Assembly: GCF_036321535.1 (NCBI RefSeq)
Contig: NC_087436.1
Coordinates: forward strand, 107,262,001-107,326,000
Source of the DNA: Camelus dromedarius
Taxonomy: Eukaryota
DNA: 64,000 nt
Reading direction: 5' to 3'
Shown one piece after another: positions 15,361 through 28,195 of this stretch. Every line of letters starts with the position of its first letter. Position 1 is the first letter of the stretch. The position numbers were made by a program, and so were the translations under genes. Under the pieces are notes generated by a model, which saw nothing but the letters and a program-made list of their open reading frames with translations, was not told where the DNA came from and did not search any database.

Positions 15361-15854
15361 ATGGAAAAGTTGGAGGAGATCTTGTCATTGAATCTAATGT
15401 TTCCTACATTTGTTCCATGGAATGAAAGTAATGGATGTTATTAAAGTTAAAGGAGGTGAGAGAATACTTGATCAAATAATTTTGGAGAGAACAGAATCAA
15501 ACAAATTTATTTATTTCCCAGAGAGTTTGATGTGCTAAAATTCTGTGTTTCTCTCAAAATTAGATATAGCACATAGCATTTCCAACCTTATTTATCCAGC
15601 AGGCACTTTCATTGTGAAACTAGTATTCTGACTTTGGAAAAGGGCTCAGCTGGTCCATTTTCCTTGCTTTTCCCCTTAATTCTGACCACTTTTAATCCAG
15701 TGAGAGACAACTTTGTAACTCTGCCTAAAGAATTCAGTGCATAAGGGATTTGTCCCATTTTTTTGAGCAAATTTGTTCTATCATTGGATAGCCTTATTTG
15801 TTAGAAATCTTTTGAGTTTTGAGCTGAAATCCGCCTTACAGTCTACGACAGCAT

Positions 15855-16055
15855 GTGTGAGCAAATAGTGGTTGGAAGGAAAAATCTGCCCCATGGCCTA
15901 ATTTTGTATGGCCCTCAAGCTAAGAATGTCTTTTATGTTTTTTAAGACTGAAAAAAATAAGAAGAAAAATATGCACAGTGATCATATGTGGCCCACCCAA
16001 CCTAAAATATTTACATTCTAGACTTTTACAAAGGGGTCTGTAAACCTGTGTTCTA
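15855..16055. mobile_element. hAT-Charlie DNA transposon relic (MER58-like)
   Basis: tttgtatggccctcaagctaagaatg…atatgtggccc…cctaaaatatttac. Confidence 0.7.
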
Positions 16056-16090
16056 AAGAAGTTGTCTCCAGACCTTTTGATCATGTGCTC

Positions 16091-16705
16091 TGTGGTAAGC
16101 AGTCTCTAAGGTAGCCCCCAAAGAGCCCTACATCCTGGAAATTCAAGTCCTGGTATAATGCCTTGCCTTTGAGAAGAGGCTAGATTCAGCAACTCACTTC
16201 TACTCTATTCTACTGAACAGACTTGCTGCTATTCTATTTTGCTGAATAGCATATGGCAAAATGATGGAATGCCTCTTCTAAGATTAAGTTCTGAAGACTT
16301 TGGCTTCTGATTTGGATACGGTCTCTCCGTCTCTCATTCAGCTGCTCTGAGGAAAGGCAGCTACCACATTGCAAGCTACCCTATAAAGCGGCGAGAAGAG
16401 AGAAAGGTTTCCAGCTAATAACCAGTAAAGGACTAAGACCTTCAGTCCAACAGTCTTCAAGGGACTGAATTTTACCAATAACCAGGTGAATGAGCTTGAA
16501 ACAGATTCTCCTCTAGTTGAGCCTTCAAATGTGACCACAGCCCTGGCCAACAGCTTTATTTCAAATTTATAAGAGACTTTGAGCTAGAGACAGCCAGCGA
16601 AATTACACCCAGATTCCTGACCCATAAAACCTGTGAGATAATGTTTGCTGTTTTAAGATGTTATGTTCTGGGATAACTGTTACCCAGCAATAGATAACTA
16701 GCATA
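16091..16705 (+). mobile_element. MaLR solo LTR (MLT1F/E-like)
   Basis: tgtggtaagcagtctctaagg… start and …ttttaagatgttatgttctggg…gcaatagataacta end. Confidence 0.85.
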
Positions 16706-18645
16706 CACTCCCATTAGTAAAAGTTTTCAGAGCATGCAGTCCCAATATATGTCTTTTTACTCATGAATTATGAACACCTACTACTGCAAATTTTTACTTT
16801 CAATACTAGTAAGCTTACATTATTTCCTAATTTTTAGATAGAAAAAAATATGGGAGGATGTTTTAATAACTTGTGATGGGTCTGGACCATACTAGCTTTG
16901 TTTATCCATCCCTTGATATGCCCACATTTTATGTCTACTTTGGAGAGCACTGTGTAAAGTAACATATAATATCATACTAACACAAATACTCCCCAAAATT
17001 ATAAACATAGAATTTTATTTTTCTGACCACTAAGTCCTTTCAATAGGATCAGATTGTTCCATCTAAAGTACTTTATTTGCTCAGAAATATTAGCTCTTCA
17101 TTCATGTCAGTCATTAGACAGCTCTTCACAGATGTCACCTTGGAAACCTAGACTTAGGTTTGTAGGAGATTTTCACATGCCTAAGAAAGTTTGTTCCTGT
17201 CTTAAGGGTTGCTTGGCCACTGATAAGGAATGTTAACAGCTGTGGGAAAAGCAATTAGTGTCCATTCTGTCCTGATTGACAATTCTGTAAAATGCCCAGT
17301 AGCATTTTCTATGGTTTAACAAAATGGCGACCTTCTGTTTCGGAGTGCCGGGTAGATTGAGTTCTGGGTATGGTTATCATCATGCGGATGCCCCATGTGG
17401 CTTCCAATTAGGGAATCCGGACTAATTTCACTCCCCAACCAGACTGAAATATAAAAGAGACAGATAAGGCCTTCGCAGTGAGGTATGAACAGAGATTTCA
17501 GGCAAGCAGAATACATGAATATCAACTTTTAGGAGCATTCAATTAAAAATGCGAAGGCAGAGCTCTCTGACAAACTGGGAGGCTCTGGATGAAAGGAGAG
17601 AGATTAGTGAGAACCCTGCAATGAATGCACTGTTTTCATACAATGCCCTAATCAGGAGGACAAGTGGCAGTTTTACGAAGCAGTGGGTTTGGAACAATGC
17701 CTTTCCCAGGGAAGTAGTCACTACAAAACACGGGCTGCAGTAGGACAATACTGACTTGTCCACGCGAAAGAGAATAATTACTTTAAGAAATTATGTTCGA
17801 CATCTGGTGAGCATCCTTGGTCCAAAAAGAAAAATACTAGAAACTGGAAAGTGGTGGGTTATTTTTCCCTTGGCTTCCAAACTTCCTATTTTTCTCACCG
17901 TGCATTTCACATTATCCCAATTATCTAAGTTGGTGCATTAATATAGAAATACTATGATCTTCCATTTTCCCTAATTAAGACTATTAGGAAGACATTTTAT
18001 GCTCTTATTTTTTTTAATGAAATTCAATTTAAAGTCACTGTATCAGATCTTATTAGCTGCTACATTATAACATATAATATTTCAGTGGGGGCAAAGTGCC
18101 TAAATCAAAAATTAGATCCAAACTTCAAGAATACAAACTATGATGGTAACATGGTCATGGTCTTTTGCATATATTTCATCCTGTATAAAATAAAACTTCC
18201 CTTGTGTCAAGTCTTAATCAAGCATGTCCCCAGGAAAAATTTTGACATGGAAGACCTGGGAAGACATTTTACCATTTCATCTTTTTAATAATAGAATGTC
18301 CAAATCAAAAGTCCCACATATTTTAAGGAGGGTGTGAGAGGTGAACAAAGCAGTTGACCCAAGCTACACCATTTCTTTCAAGGAGCAAAATAGGGAAATT
18401 TCTTTCAGTTAATTCAGGAAGTATATTTAAGTGTTAACTGTATTGTCAGCATGAAACTAATCACAATAGGGTGAGGTAACTTACTGGAGAAAGACATCCC
18501 CACTGCCCAGCATATAGTAGTTGCTGAATACAGTATCTTTTAAATAAAAGGATCGAGTCTTTATTTTTTTCCCTAAGGGAACCTAGTTGGGATTAGCATT
18601 CTCTCATGTAATGTTCACCATACATCTGTGAGGAAGGAAATAAGG

Positions 18646-19140
18646 GTTTTTTTTTTTTAACTGAAGTATAGTTAACTTGTAATGTTGTGTTACTTTCTGG
18701 TGTACGGCATAGTGATTCAGTTATACACATGTGTATTCTTTTTCATATGCTTTTCCATTATGGTTTATTACAGGGTATTGAATATGGTTCCCTGTGCTAT
18801 GCAGTAGGACCTTGTTGTTTATCTCTTTTATATATAGTAGTTTGTATCTGCTAATCCCAAACTCTTAATTTATCCTTCCCTCACCCTCTTTTCCCCTTTG
18901 GTAACTATAAGTTTGTTTTCTATGTCTGTGAGTCAGTTTCTGTTTCCATTTTGTAAATAAGTTCATTTGTGTTGTATTTTAGATTCTGCATATAAGTGCT
19001 ATCAAATGGTCTTTGCCTTTCTCTTTCTGACTTACTTCATTTGGTATGGTGATCTCTAAGTCCACCCACATTGCTGCAAATGGTATTATTCCATTCTTTT
19101 TATGGCTGAATAGTATTCCATTGTGTATAGATACCACATC
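18646..19140 (-). mobile_element. 5'-truncated L1 3' end inserted into a MIR
   Basis: Poly(T), then aactgaagtatagttaac…gaatagtattccattgtg. MIR core (cattttgtaaatgaggaaactgagg) resumes after 19140. Confidence 0.9.
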
Positions 19141-20769
19141 TAGGAGGAAATATTTTAAGCTCATTTTGTAAATGAGGAAACTGAGGTTCTAAAAGATGAG
19201 TTTGCCCAAGGACCGAGAAACAGAGAGTGTGCAACAAGGAATTCAACCCTGCCTGTCTGACTCTGGAGTCTGGGCTATTAACTTGGACTTATTTGCATCT
19301 GTCAGCTGCTGATGCTTTGCTTCTCTGAGAGCTAAGGCGTGCCCTCAGTGATCTCCTGCTAGTCCTTCAGTCCTGGACTCTTTAGTATGTCTTCTTCCTT
19401 TATCTGTTATTCTCCCGTAGAAGTGTTATAGAACGACAATTGAGCCTCCTACAGGAAATAGTCCAGCTATAATTACTAAAACTCAAGTAAACACGTACCC
19501 CTAAAACTTGAGGGGAAGCCATATTTCAAATAAAACCTTCAGGGCTGCCTGGCAAGCCACTTTACATGTACCCAGGGCTCAGAAGCACCACCACCAGGAC
19601 AACTGATACTCAGGGATGTTTGCTTTGTCATTGCTGGACAGGAAGGACCTTTCTCAATGATTTTCTGTCACCACTTGAAAGTGATAAGTTCTATGAACAG
19701 TTTAACGGCCAAATAAAGGATTTCTGGATACCCTAGGGAGGGGATTCTCAATTTTGCTGTGCTCCCAGCACATGCTTCGAGGACACACTGGTGTTCAAAT
19801 TTTCACCAGGGTTCAGAATCGTCTATTTCCCTTGGACCAGCTCACACTGGCAGAGCTCAGCTGAGAGGAAAGATAAAGCATCTTAGGAGGTTGACAATCT
19901 GTGTAATATGGAGCCTCGGTTTTATCGTATGGGCATAGAAAGGCTTTTTATTTAAGGTCTAACTTTTTAAGCCTTAATAAATTTGAATCATAGGAACTGT
20001 ACAGTGGGTAAACATGCCAGAAAATAAAAAATGACAATTGGGATTCTTCAACTAACAGAGATAGGTTGCCTCATACAGCCAAAATACCTTGTCTGTTGTC
20101 TGTTTCTGTTTTGTTTTTCACAGCATTAAATACTTAAACTATAACATTCTTTCCTGACTCTATTACTCTTGAAGGAGGTACAGCCACTCTTGGCCAACAA
20201 GCTTCATCCATCCACCCAGAACTGGATCTAACAGAGAAAACTGGCAGCTCCCAAAAAAATGAAAGTTTGCCAAATGAACCAAAAACAGGAACTTCTAGAA
20301 ACACCACAGAATTATTCTCACCCAACTTTTCTGTAACGTCTGATTTGTACCCTATCAATAGTCTGCACTGCATCTTTCTGTGACCCGCATGATTATTGGG
20401 GTCAGAGGTTTAGTCTCTCCACATGCTGGGGTGACTTTCCTAATCTTTGCGTGTCTGTTCATTGGACACACTAGATGGAGATGATCATAATGAGAGCTAA
20501 GAAGTTTTACATCTCAGGGAGTTTGTGTTTTTTTTTTTTTTTTTCGGTTTACAAAATGCTTTCAGATCTATAATTTGATTTGTTCTAAGAACATGCTTTC
20601 TACAATGAGGGGAGAAACTTACAGAAGTTCAATGCCAAGACTGAGATGATCAAGGCATTTAAACAGCAGCACTAGGAGCTCTGCCTGGTCTTCTGAACCT
20701 TAGGCTAACACTCTTTCCACCTCACCCCCACTAATTAGTCAATTCACTGGCTTGCTGGCAAACACCGAG

Positions 20770-20930
20770 GCCTCTTGAAGCAGGCAGCATCTGGCAATTC
20801 TTGAGAAATGCAGATTCTCAGGCCTCTCTCTAGAAGTGCTGGATTCAGGGATGGGGCCCAGCAATCCACGTTTTAACAAGACCTCTAGGTGAAACTGATG
20901 CCTACTGGCATATGCTAAACATCGTAGCCT
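20770..20930. mobile_element. MER5A-like hAT MITE
   Basis: gaaatgcagattctcaggcc…ggggcccagcaatccacgttttaacaag…ggtga. Confidence 0.8.
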
Positions 20931-23900
20931 ACGTAATACTATGATTGCCATACAATTTTCCATCATACTACTTAAGGACCACACAGTATGTTCCTACTTA
21001 TGGTATCATGAAACCATCCCAGGAATTAATCCGTATATCAACAGCCTTTATGTTAAGCCTCCAGAAGATCTCAAAGCCACAAGGAGCAGAGTGTCTAAAG
21101 CTTATCCATACAGTGCAGGTGACATGGTGGTTACTTGTAGCTTCTCTTCCCATTATCCCTACCATTTGCAAATAAAGAATTTGTTTCTTGACATCGAGAT
21201 CATCCAATTATTCCATTTTGTCAAAGTGAAAAAACCTTTATCCTACCTATGCAAATCCTTTCTCCAGGGTCTTCAATTCCTTCTCAGTCTGCCCAGACTG
21301 TGTTTTTATTCAATTCACAGGCAGTCAGGAGTGGTTACTTCTCCCCACCCCTTGCCCACTTCAGACACTCTGTACACACAAGCCCTTTCAAGGGCTTTAT
21401 TCCACTGTAGTTTAAAATGTACATGTCTTAGATTTCATCAAGCAAAAAGAAGGGAGGTGAGGCCCCCATCATATGTGCTGGAACACTTTGTGTTTCTCCT
21501 TTCCTGTGCTCATCACACTTCTAATTACTTGTTCAATGTCACTGTCTAATTACTTGTTCCCCACATGTTCCCTAGTAAGACTTTTAGAGGCCCTGAGCTC
21601 TGACAGGATAATGGTGTCTCCTCCAACACCATATGGATTTTCAAATTAAGAAAAGAATTAAAACTTTGAAAGAAGTTTAATATGTCCAGCAAAGTTTTAT
21701 TTCCCAGCATGACTGCTTTCAGACTTTACTCTAAATACCACCTACTAAGCTTAATTTTTAATAGAGAGGAGGAGGGTGGCTGCTTTGCTGGTGCCCAACA
21801 CATGAGTTGGTCTTCGTTTGGGTCATTCAGCACCAGGTCCACATAACTTGTGAGTTTCCTGAGGACCAAATCTGTATCTGTCTTGGTCACAATGTGGTCC
21901 TACAATGCCTGAGGTAAGACAGGTTCTTAATAAATGGCTGATGAAAGGATAAGAGAGTGAGCAGATGGAACGGGAAGAAGAGAATCAGGCAGAAAAGACA
22001 AAATGACTGAGAGGGAAGGAGTGGGGAAGGAAAAGAGGTGGGTAGAGAGGAGGAAGGGAGAGAGAATGAGGGAAGAAGGCTAGGAGGAAATAAAACCAGT
22101 TGGTTCCTATCTTAATTTTGCTATAGTTTAGGAAAGAGATGTACTGGTTCTAAACTGTCTCGTCCATTGTTAGAGATCCAAGAATTGTCTGTTTCATTAT
22201 TGCTTAATTGCAGAATAAATGTTGCCCTCATCCTTTTATAGAATTATGAACCTGTGTCTTTATTTACTTACACGGCACTATTTTCAAATACGTGACAGCC
22301 CGTTGCTCACGTTGTCTTTGTCACGGAATTAGGGAAATGTAGCATAAGCTTTAAATTTGCAGCTGCTGTCCAGTCAGTGAGGAGGGCCCGCTGTGCAGAT
22401 AGCGCCGTGATACATGCAGTCGGCTATTCAACTGTTACAGTCCTTGGGACTCTTGATGTCTGTCACCCGGGAAAATGAACAGCATTTGTGCTGACGGCTT
22501 TTTTCCCCCTCAATTCATCCCTTCCTAATGAATCTATTCCAAACCAAGGCGTACATTTAAATACATTTTACAAGCCATATCAAAACAGCAATATTAAGAG
22601 AATTTGTTGCCAAAAAAAATACCCCGTGTAAATTACAGGGAACTTCCACATGCAATACATTTAGCCAAAATGGGGCCTTTGGATGACATCAATCCCACAA
22701 GGTGTCAACACACAGCAATGATATTCAGTCCCTATTTTCTCCTTTTCCTTGATAAGAACAAAAGTATGCTTCGGCACAGCATTCAAATTCATCAAATAAG
22801 CACCCAAGAACAGATGTATTGCGCAGTCTGAAGTTCAGTAAAGAAGACACATATGCTATGTAAAAAATTCCTATATCTTTAGGTCCCCAGATCCTAATGT
22901 GACAAGGATATCATTATCACTAAAGTCATAAAGCCTTTTATAGAGATATTTCCCCCCTTAGCCCTGCTATTTTAATTTGCGCACAGATTTTAGCACAGGC
23001 AATTTCCCCCCGCAAGGGTCTTTCACTAATAGAATTATACTATCTTAGCTCAAAATGGCCTTTAGTTCTCAGTCCACTGGACTCAAAAGATTATTTTCTT
23101 GTGGTGGAGAGCTTTCCACACCATCCGGGAGCCCACTGTTTTCTGCATCGAAAACCCCAATCCTCTGCATCCTTCAAGAGGCTACACAGCTGGGCCCAGC
23201 ATGAAAATGACAAGCATTAGAAAACTCCAAGAGTTTATTTTCCTCTGGCTGGGCATCTTGGCTTCTGGACTCCCATCAATGCCATCAGAACACATGCCTT
23301 TCAATAAAAAGTGATCCTAACAGGATTAAATGTAATTTAGAGTCAATAAGGAGAAGTTTGCCATCGGGCAGAATTATAATAGACAGTGTGATTGGAAGGT
23401 AGAGGATCTGGAAGGTTTTCAGAGCACATTCTACTGTAAAAATGAAACACGGAGAAGAGAACAAAATTTTCCTTCTCAGCCAAACCATTTCACTAGTTCC
23501 ATCTTGCATGCAAATCAATTTATGGTCTATTAAAGTAATAAGAACCGTGTATTGTCATTCACGTAGAGGGAAAAAAAAAAGAGAGACAATGGAAAACACG
23601 GTGTTATTTCTACACAGGTCTTCTTTGTTGCCATGCTAGTAGTAAATAAAATGTTTTTGGTTCTGCCTGACTTGGAATCTGAACCCACAAAAGGCACATG
23701 GAGCCCAGCACAGAATCCTGTGTTAAGCAGGACACTCCTAAATCACTCAGCAGACATCAGCTTTAAGAAGGCAAGTGACTCTTCTGGAAGGCAGTCCCCC
23801 ATCCCCAGGGCAGGGTGGATCTGGGAAAGAAAAGGAGGAATTGAGCACTGATTGAAACTCTAGCCCAGGGAAGAATACAGTCCACTGCCAGAAGGATGAG

Positions 23901-24059
23901 CTGCTTTCTTAGAGCTGCCAGTGGGTGCCCTTCACCGAACCACTGCTTCAGTACAAGTGAAAGGAATAAGGAAGCAAGATAGGCTGCAACAAGAGGTGAT
24001 TGCCTGACATTATTTCCCTGATTTTAGAGTCTTCACACTACTATTAACAGAAAAAAAAA

Positions 24060-24820
24060 TAGCGATAGCTGCCACATAATGGACATGGTATTTACCACTG
24101 AGTGAAGAGTGTTCTAAGTTATCTTACACATATCATCTAATTTAAATTCTTACTCCAGTCCTATAAAGGAGGTAGTTTTATTTTAATTCTCACTTTACAG
24201 AGGAGGGAAATAGAACCCAGAGACCTGAGGAAGTCACTGGAGGGTGCACGTTCCATAAACGCCCGAGCTGCATCTGACACTATCCACGTCACGTGCTTGA
24301 CCGCATCTGTGGTTAACCACATCTGTGCTGTTGCTGACCACAAATGAAGCACTTTTATCATGGGAATAATTTTTGTTTGGTCAGTGCCACTTCTTGGAAG
24401 AGAAACTCAAAAACAAAGCTGCCGGCATGAATGCAGAAGCAAAGAAAATGGTGTTTGTTGTGGACAATGGAAGTCTTAGGAAAGACAGAAACTGCACATC
24501 CATGACTTTGTGAAATATGGAAAATCAGCTGAAGCTTTAGAGACCTAGACGATCTTATGCTCAAATGTGGTTTTGCTAAATCATGTGTCACTGAAAATAA
24601 CTGGGTGCCACGCTTGACTCTGCCATAACCTTATCAGAAAGAATATGAAGTAGCATTTTGATGTCTAGAAACAGACTGGGTTGCCACGCTGACTCCACTA
24701 CTTACTAGCTCTACGGTTTAGACAAGTTACTTATCTTCTCTCTGCCTCAGTTTACTCATCTGGAAAATGGGGGTCATAATTGTAGAATTTACTTCATAAT
24801 AAAGGATTAAATGAGTCTGT
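24060..24820. mobile_element. Two MIR relics (about 24060-24320 and 24660-24820, opposite orientations)
   Basis: MIR core motifs cactttacagaggaggga… and ctctgcctcagtttactcatctggaaaatggg. Confidence 0.7.
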
Positions 24821-25499
24821 CTACATCTTAAGCTTCCATTGCAAATAAGAATTTGACTACCTAACATCCACTGCATCAGTGATTTATTACACATTTATAA
24901 GTTGCTTAGATATGGCAGATGTCATGCTAAGTACTGGAAGTATTAAGATGAATAAGACCTCAAGTCATGGGCCATCTAGAAGGCAAACAAAAAAACATGT
25001 TTGATGGAGATATAACAAATTGGTGATTATAGACCAGAGGTAGCAATTAATTTTTAAATATCTCAAAAGCGTGACAAGTACTTAAAGAGTATTTGTTGCC
25101 ATGATGCGTTTAAAGCATCACCTAGATGGAGTAATGTGCGTACTTGTCAATTTCTGTCCGTTGAAACATTGTCTCCTTACAGAGCTACTGCTGACTTACC
25201 TGTCTTTTCTCCAACACCCAATGACTCACCCTGGCCACTGAAGTTTGTCTCTAAAATTAGTTTCTAATAATAAAATAAAACAGAGACTAAGTAAGAAAAT
25301 TTGGGAGAAATTATAAAGAAGGAAAAAAAAACTAGCTGTCATACCACAATCCAGAGAAAGAAAAAAGGAAAAATTGAGACATTAACATGGGTTATTTTTT
25401 TCTTTTGTCTCCATACATGTAGATTATTATATATGTCTACATGTCATATATTCTCTGAATATATTATTGACTCTTCCCATACACAATTTTTAAAACTTT

Positions 25500-25740
25500 T
25501 TAGGGGGGAATACTTCAAAAGAGTTACAAAGGGAGTCCAGAGCATTTCATCTATACTTGGCCCAGCTTCCCCTAAGGGTAACTTCTTACATAACCATGGA
25601 GTATTTATCAAAACTAAGAAGTTAACAATGGTAAAGTACTATTAATTAAACTTAAGAATCTATTTGGATGTCCCAGTTTTTCCACTAATGTCCTTTCTTC
25701 TGTTCCAGGATTCAACAAAGGGACCATGTTGAATTTCAGT
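25500..25740 (-). mobile_element. Old L1 (L1MC-like) 3' fragment
   Basis: cccagcttcccctaa…cttacataaccatggagtatttatcaaaactaagaa. Confidence 0.7.
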
Positions 25741-26180
25741 TCTTAAGTACTTTTGATACATTAATTATAATTATACTTCAACTCTTCCTATATGCATTTC
25801 CCACCTAACAAGAGGTCTTAACACATCAACTAAATTTTGCTACAAAAAGCTTTCTATCTGGTTCCTATATCCCTGATTCTATGCCATCTTTCTACCTGTT
25901 GCTTTTAAAGCACCACCATCCTGCCCAGAAATCTTCAACCTTGCTCTAAGAGAAAACCAGAATGTTTTTAAAGAACATTAGAGAGTCTTCACATTCTGGT
26001 CCCAGCCTGCCCGCTCTCTTCTGGTCTAAATGCTGCCTCCCACTGCCAACAAGCTTTATGCTTTCTACTTCTGTATTTTTACATATATTTTTTTATTACC
26101 TTATTTTTATATTATATTATTTTTCCTTGCCCATAGAGTCATATCTGCTCACCTCAGCTAGCCTAGAGTTCTCTCCCCTC

Positions 26181-27526
26181 TTTTTTTTTTTTAATTGAAG
26201 TACAGTTGATTTACAATGTGGTGTTAGTTTCTGGTGTACAGCATAGTGATTCACCTATACACATACAGATATTCTTTTTCATTATAGGTTATTACAAGCT
26301 ATTGAATACAGTTCCTTGTGCTACACAGCAGGATCTTGTTGCTTATTTTTTACATACAGTAGTTTGTATCTGTTAATTCCAAACTACTAATTTATCCCTC
26401 CCCCCACCACTTTCCCCTTTGGTAAACATAAACTTGTTTTCTATGTCTGTGAATCTGTTTCTGATTTGTAAATAAGTTCATCTGTGTCACTTTTTTAAAA
26501 CTACAATGAGATATCACCTCACACCAGTTAGAATAGCCATCATTAAAAAGTCCACAAATGATAAATGCTGGAGGGAGTGTGGAGAAAAGGGAACCCTCCT
26601 ACACTGTTGGTGGGAATAAAATTTGGTGCAGCCACTATGGAAAACAGTATGGAGATTCCTTAAAAAACTAAAAATAGGTTTACCATATATATGATCCAGT
26701 AATCCCACTCCTAGGCATATATCCTGAGGAAACTATAATTCAAAAAGAAATATTCACCCCAATGTTCATAGCAGCACTATTTACAATAGCCAAGCCATGG
26801 AAGCAAACTAAATGTCCAACAACAGATGACTGGATAAAGAAGATGTGGTGTGTGTGTATATATATATATATACACACACATATATATATATATATATATA
26901 GGAATACTACTCAGCCATAAAAATGAATGAAATGATGTCATTTGCAACAACATGGATGGATCTAGAGATTATTATACTAAGTCAAGTAAGTCAGAGAAAT
27001 ACTAATATTATATGATATCATTTATATGTAGAATCTTAGTTTTGATTTGCATTTCTCTGATAATTAGCAATATTGAGCATTTCGCATGTGCTTATTGGCC
27101 ATCTGTATGTCTTCACTGGAGAAATGTCTGTTTCAGTCTTCTGTCCATTTTTTGATTAGATTGCTTTTTTTTTTTTGTTACTGAGTTGTATGAGCTGTTT
27201 GTATATTCTGGAAGTTAAGCCCTTGTCAGTCGCCTCGTTAACAAATATTTTCTCCCAGTCTGTAGGTTATCTTTTCGTTTTGTTTATGGTTTCCTTTGCT
27301 GTGCAAAGGCTTATAAGTTCAATTAGGTCCCATTTGTTTGTTTTGTTTCTATTGCCTTGGGAACTTGGCCTAGGAAAAACATTGCTACAATTATGTTAGA
27401 GAATGTTTTGCCTATGTTTCCTTCTAGGATATTTATGGTGTCCTGTCTTATGTTTAAGTCTTTAAGCCATTTTGAGTTTGTTTTTGTGTATGGTGTGAGG
27501 GAGTCTTCTAGCCTCATTGATTTACA
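26181..27526 (-). mobile_element. L1 3' portion with an internal inversion (26497-27036 in + orientation)
   Basis: Three segments in -/+/- orientation. TSD ctctcccctctt (26171-26182) / ctctcctctctt (27527-27538). Confidence 0.9.
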
Positions 27527-27739
27527 CTCTCCTCTCTTAACATCTGGAAAATTCACCTGGTGTAGTTTGTTATTTCATGTCTCTATCCAAGTTCTCTAAC
27601 CAGACCATGAGCTTCTTTGGAGTACAGTCCTGCCTGCAGTATTGCACCTCTACAATGTATTGCACAGTTTAGTTTAATAAATTGTGTACTGATTAGGCTG
27701 CTGGAAACCTTCAATTCTAATGATTATAAAAATAATGGC

Positions 27740-27960
27740 AACTTCCAGTTTCCAGTCCAATATGTAAGGAGCTTGCAAGTCATTGCTCCGGTCCTAAGGA
27801 CAAAAAGAAAGCTAAGCAAACCGATAATTAAAATTCTTCTTAGATCTGTTAAAGACTGAGGCCCCAGGGGAAAATGCTACGACAAAAACTGAAGAGACAG
27901 TGAATCCCAAGCTACCAGAGCAGAAGCCTCTGCAGGAACCAGAAACAGTGAGCAAGTTTG
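27740..27960 (+). mobile_element. Old L1 5'-end fragment
   Basis: acttccagtttccagtcc…cttcttagatctgttaaagactgagg. Confidence 0.55.
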
Positions 27961-27969
27961 AAAGTTAAA

Positions 27970-28195
27970 CATAACAGCTCACACTCCTCGAGCCCAGCTG
28001 CTCTGAACACATTACATCTATCAGCTTATTTATCTTTCACAACAGCCTTGAGAAGAGCCCATTTTACAGACAGGGAAACTGAGGTACAGGGATGCTTAGT
28101 AAGTCGCTTAATGTCCCTTAGCTAGTACATGTCAGTGCCAGGATTTAAATGCAGGTGAACTGACTCCAGAGTCCGTGTTCTTAATGATTCCACTA
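27970..28195. mobile_element. MIR
   Basis: cccattttacagacagggaaactgagg…tgactccagagtccgtgttcttaa. Confidence 0.8.

Noticed and set aside
20941..21549. 202-aa ORF, the longest in the track
   Set aside because: No recognisable domain, non-coding-like composition and no supporting splice structure. Probably a chance ORF.
22626..22642. tgtaaattacaggg resembles the reverse complement of the GBA3 PVIY coding segment
   Set aside because: The match is short, the flanks do not encode NNPVIYITENG, and it lies downstream of the last exon.
25190..25205. Isolated consensus splice donors (also near 1243, 9535, 48872 and 51870)
   Set aside because: Expected by chance in 64 kb, and I identified no convincing paired acceptor or coding frame.
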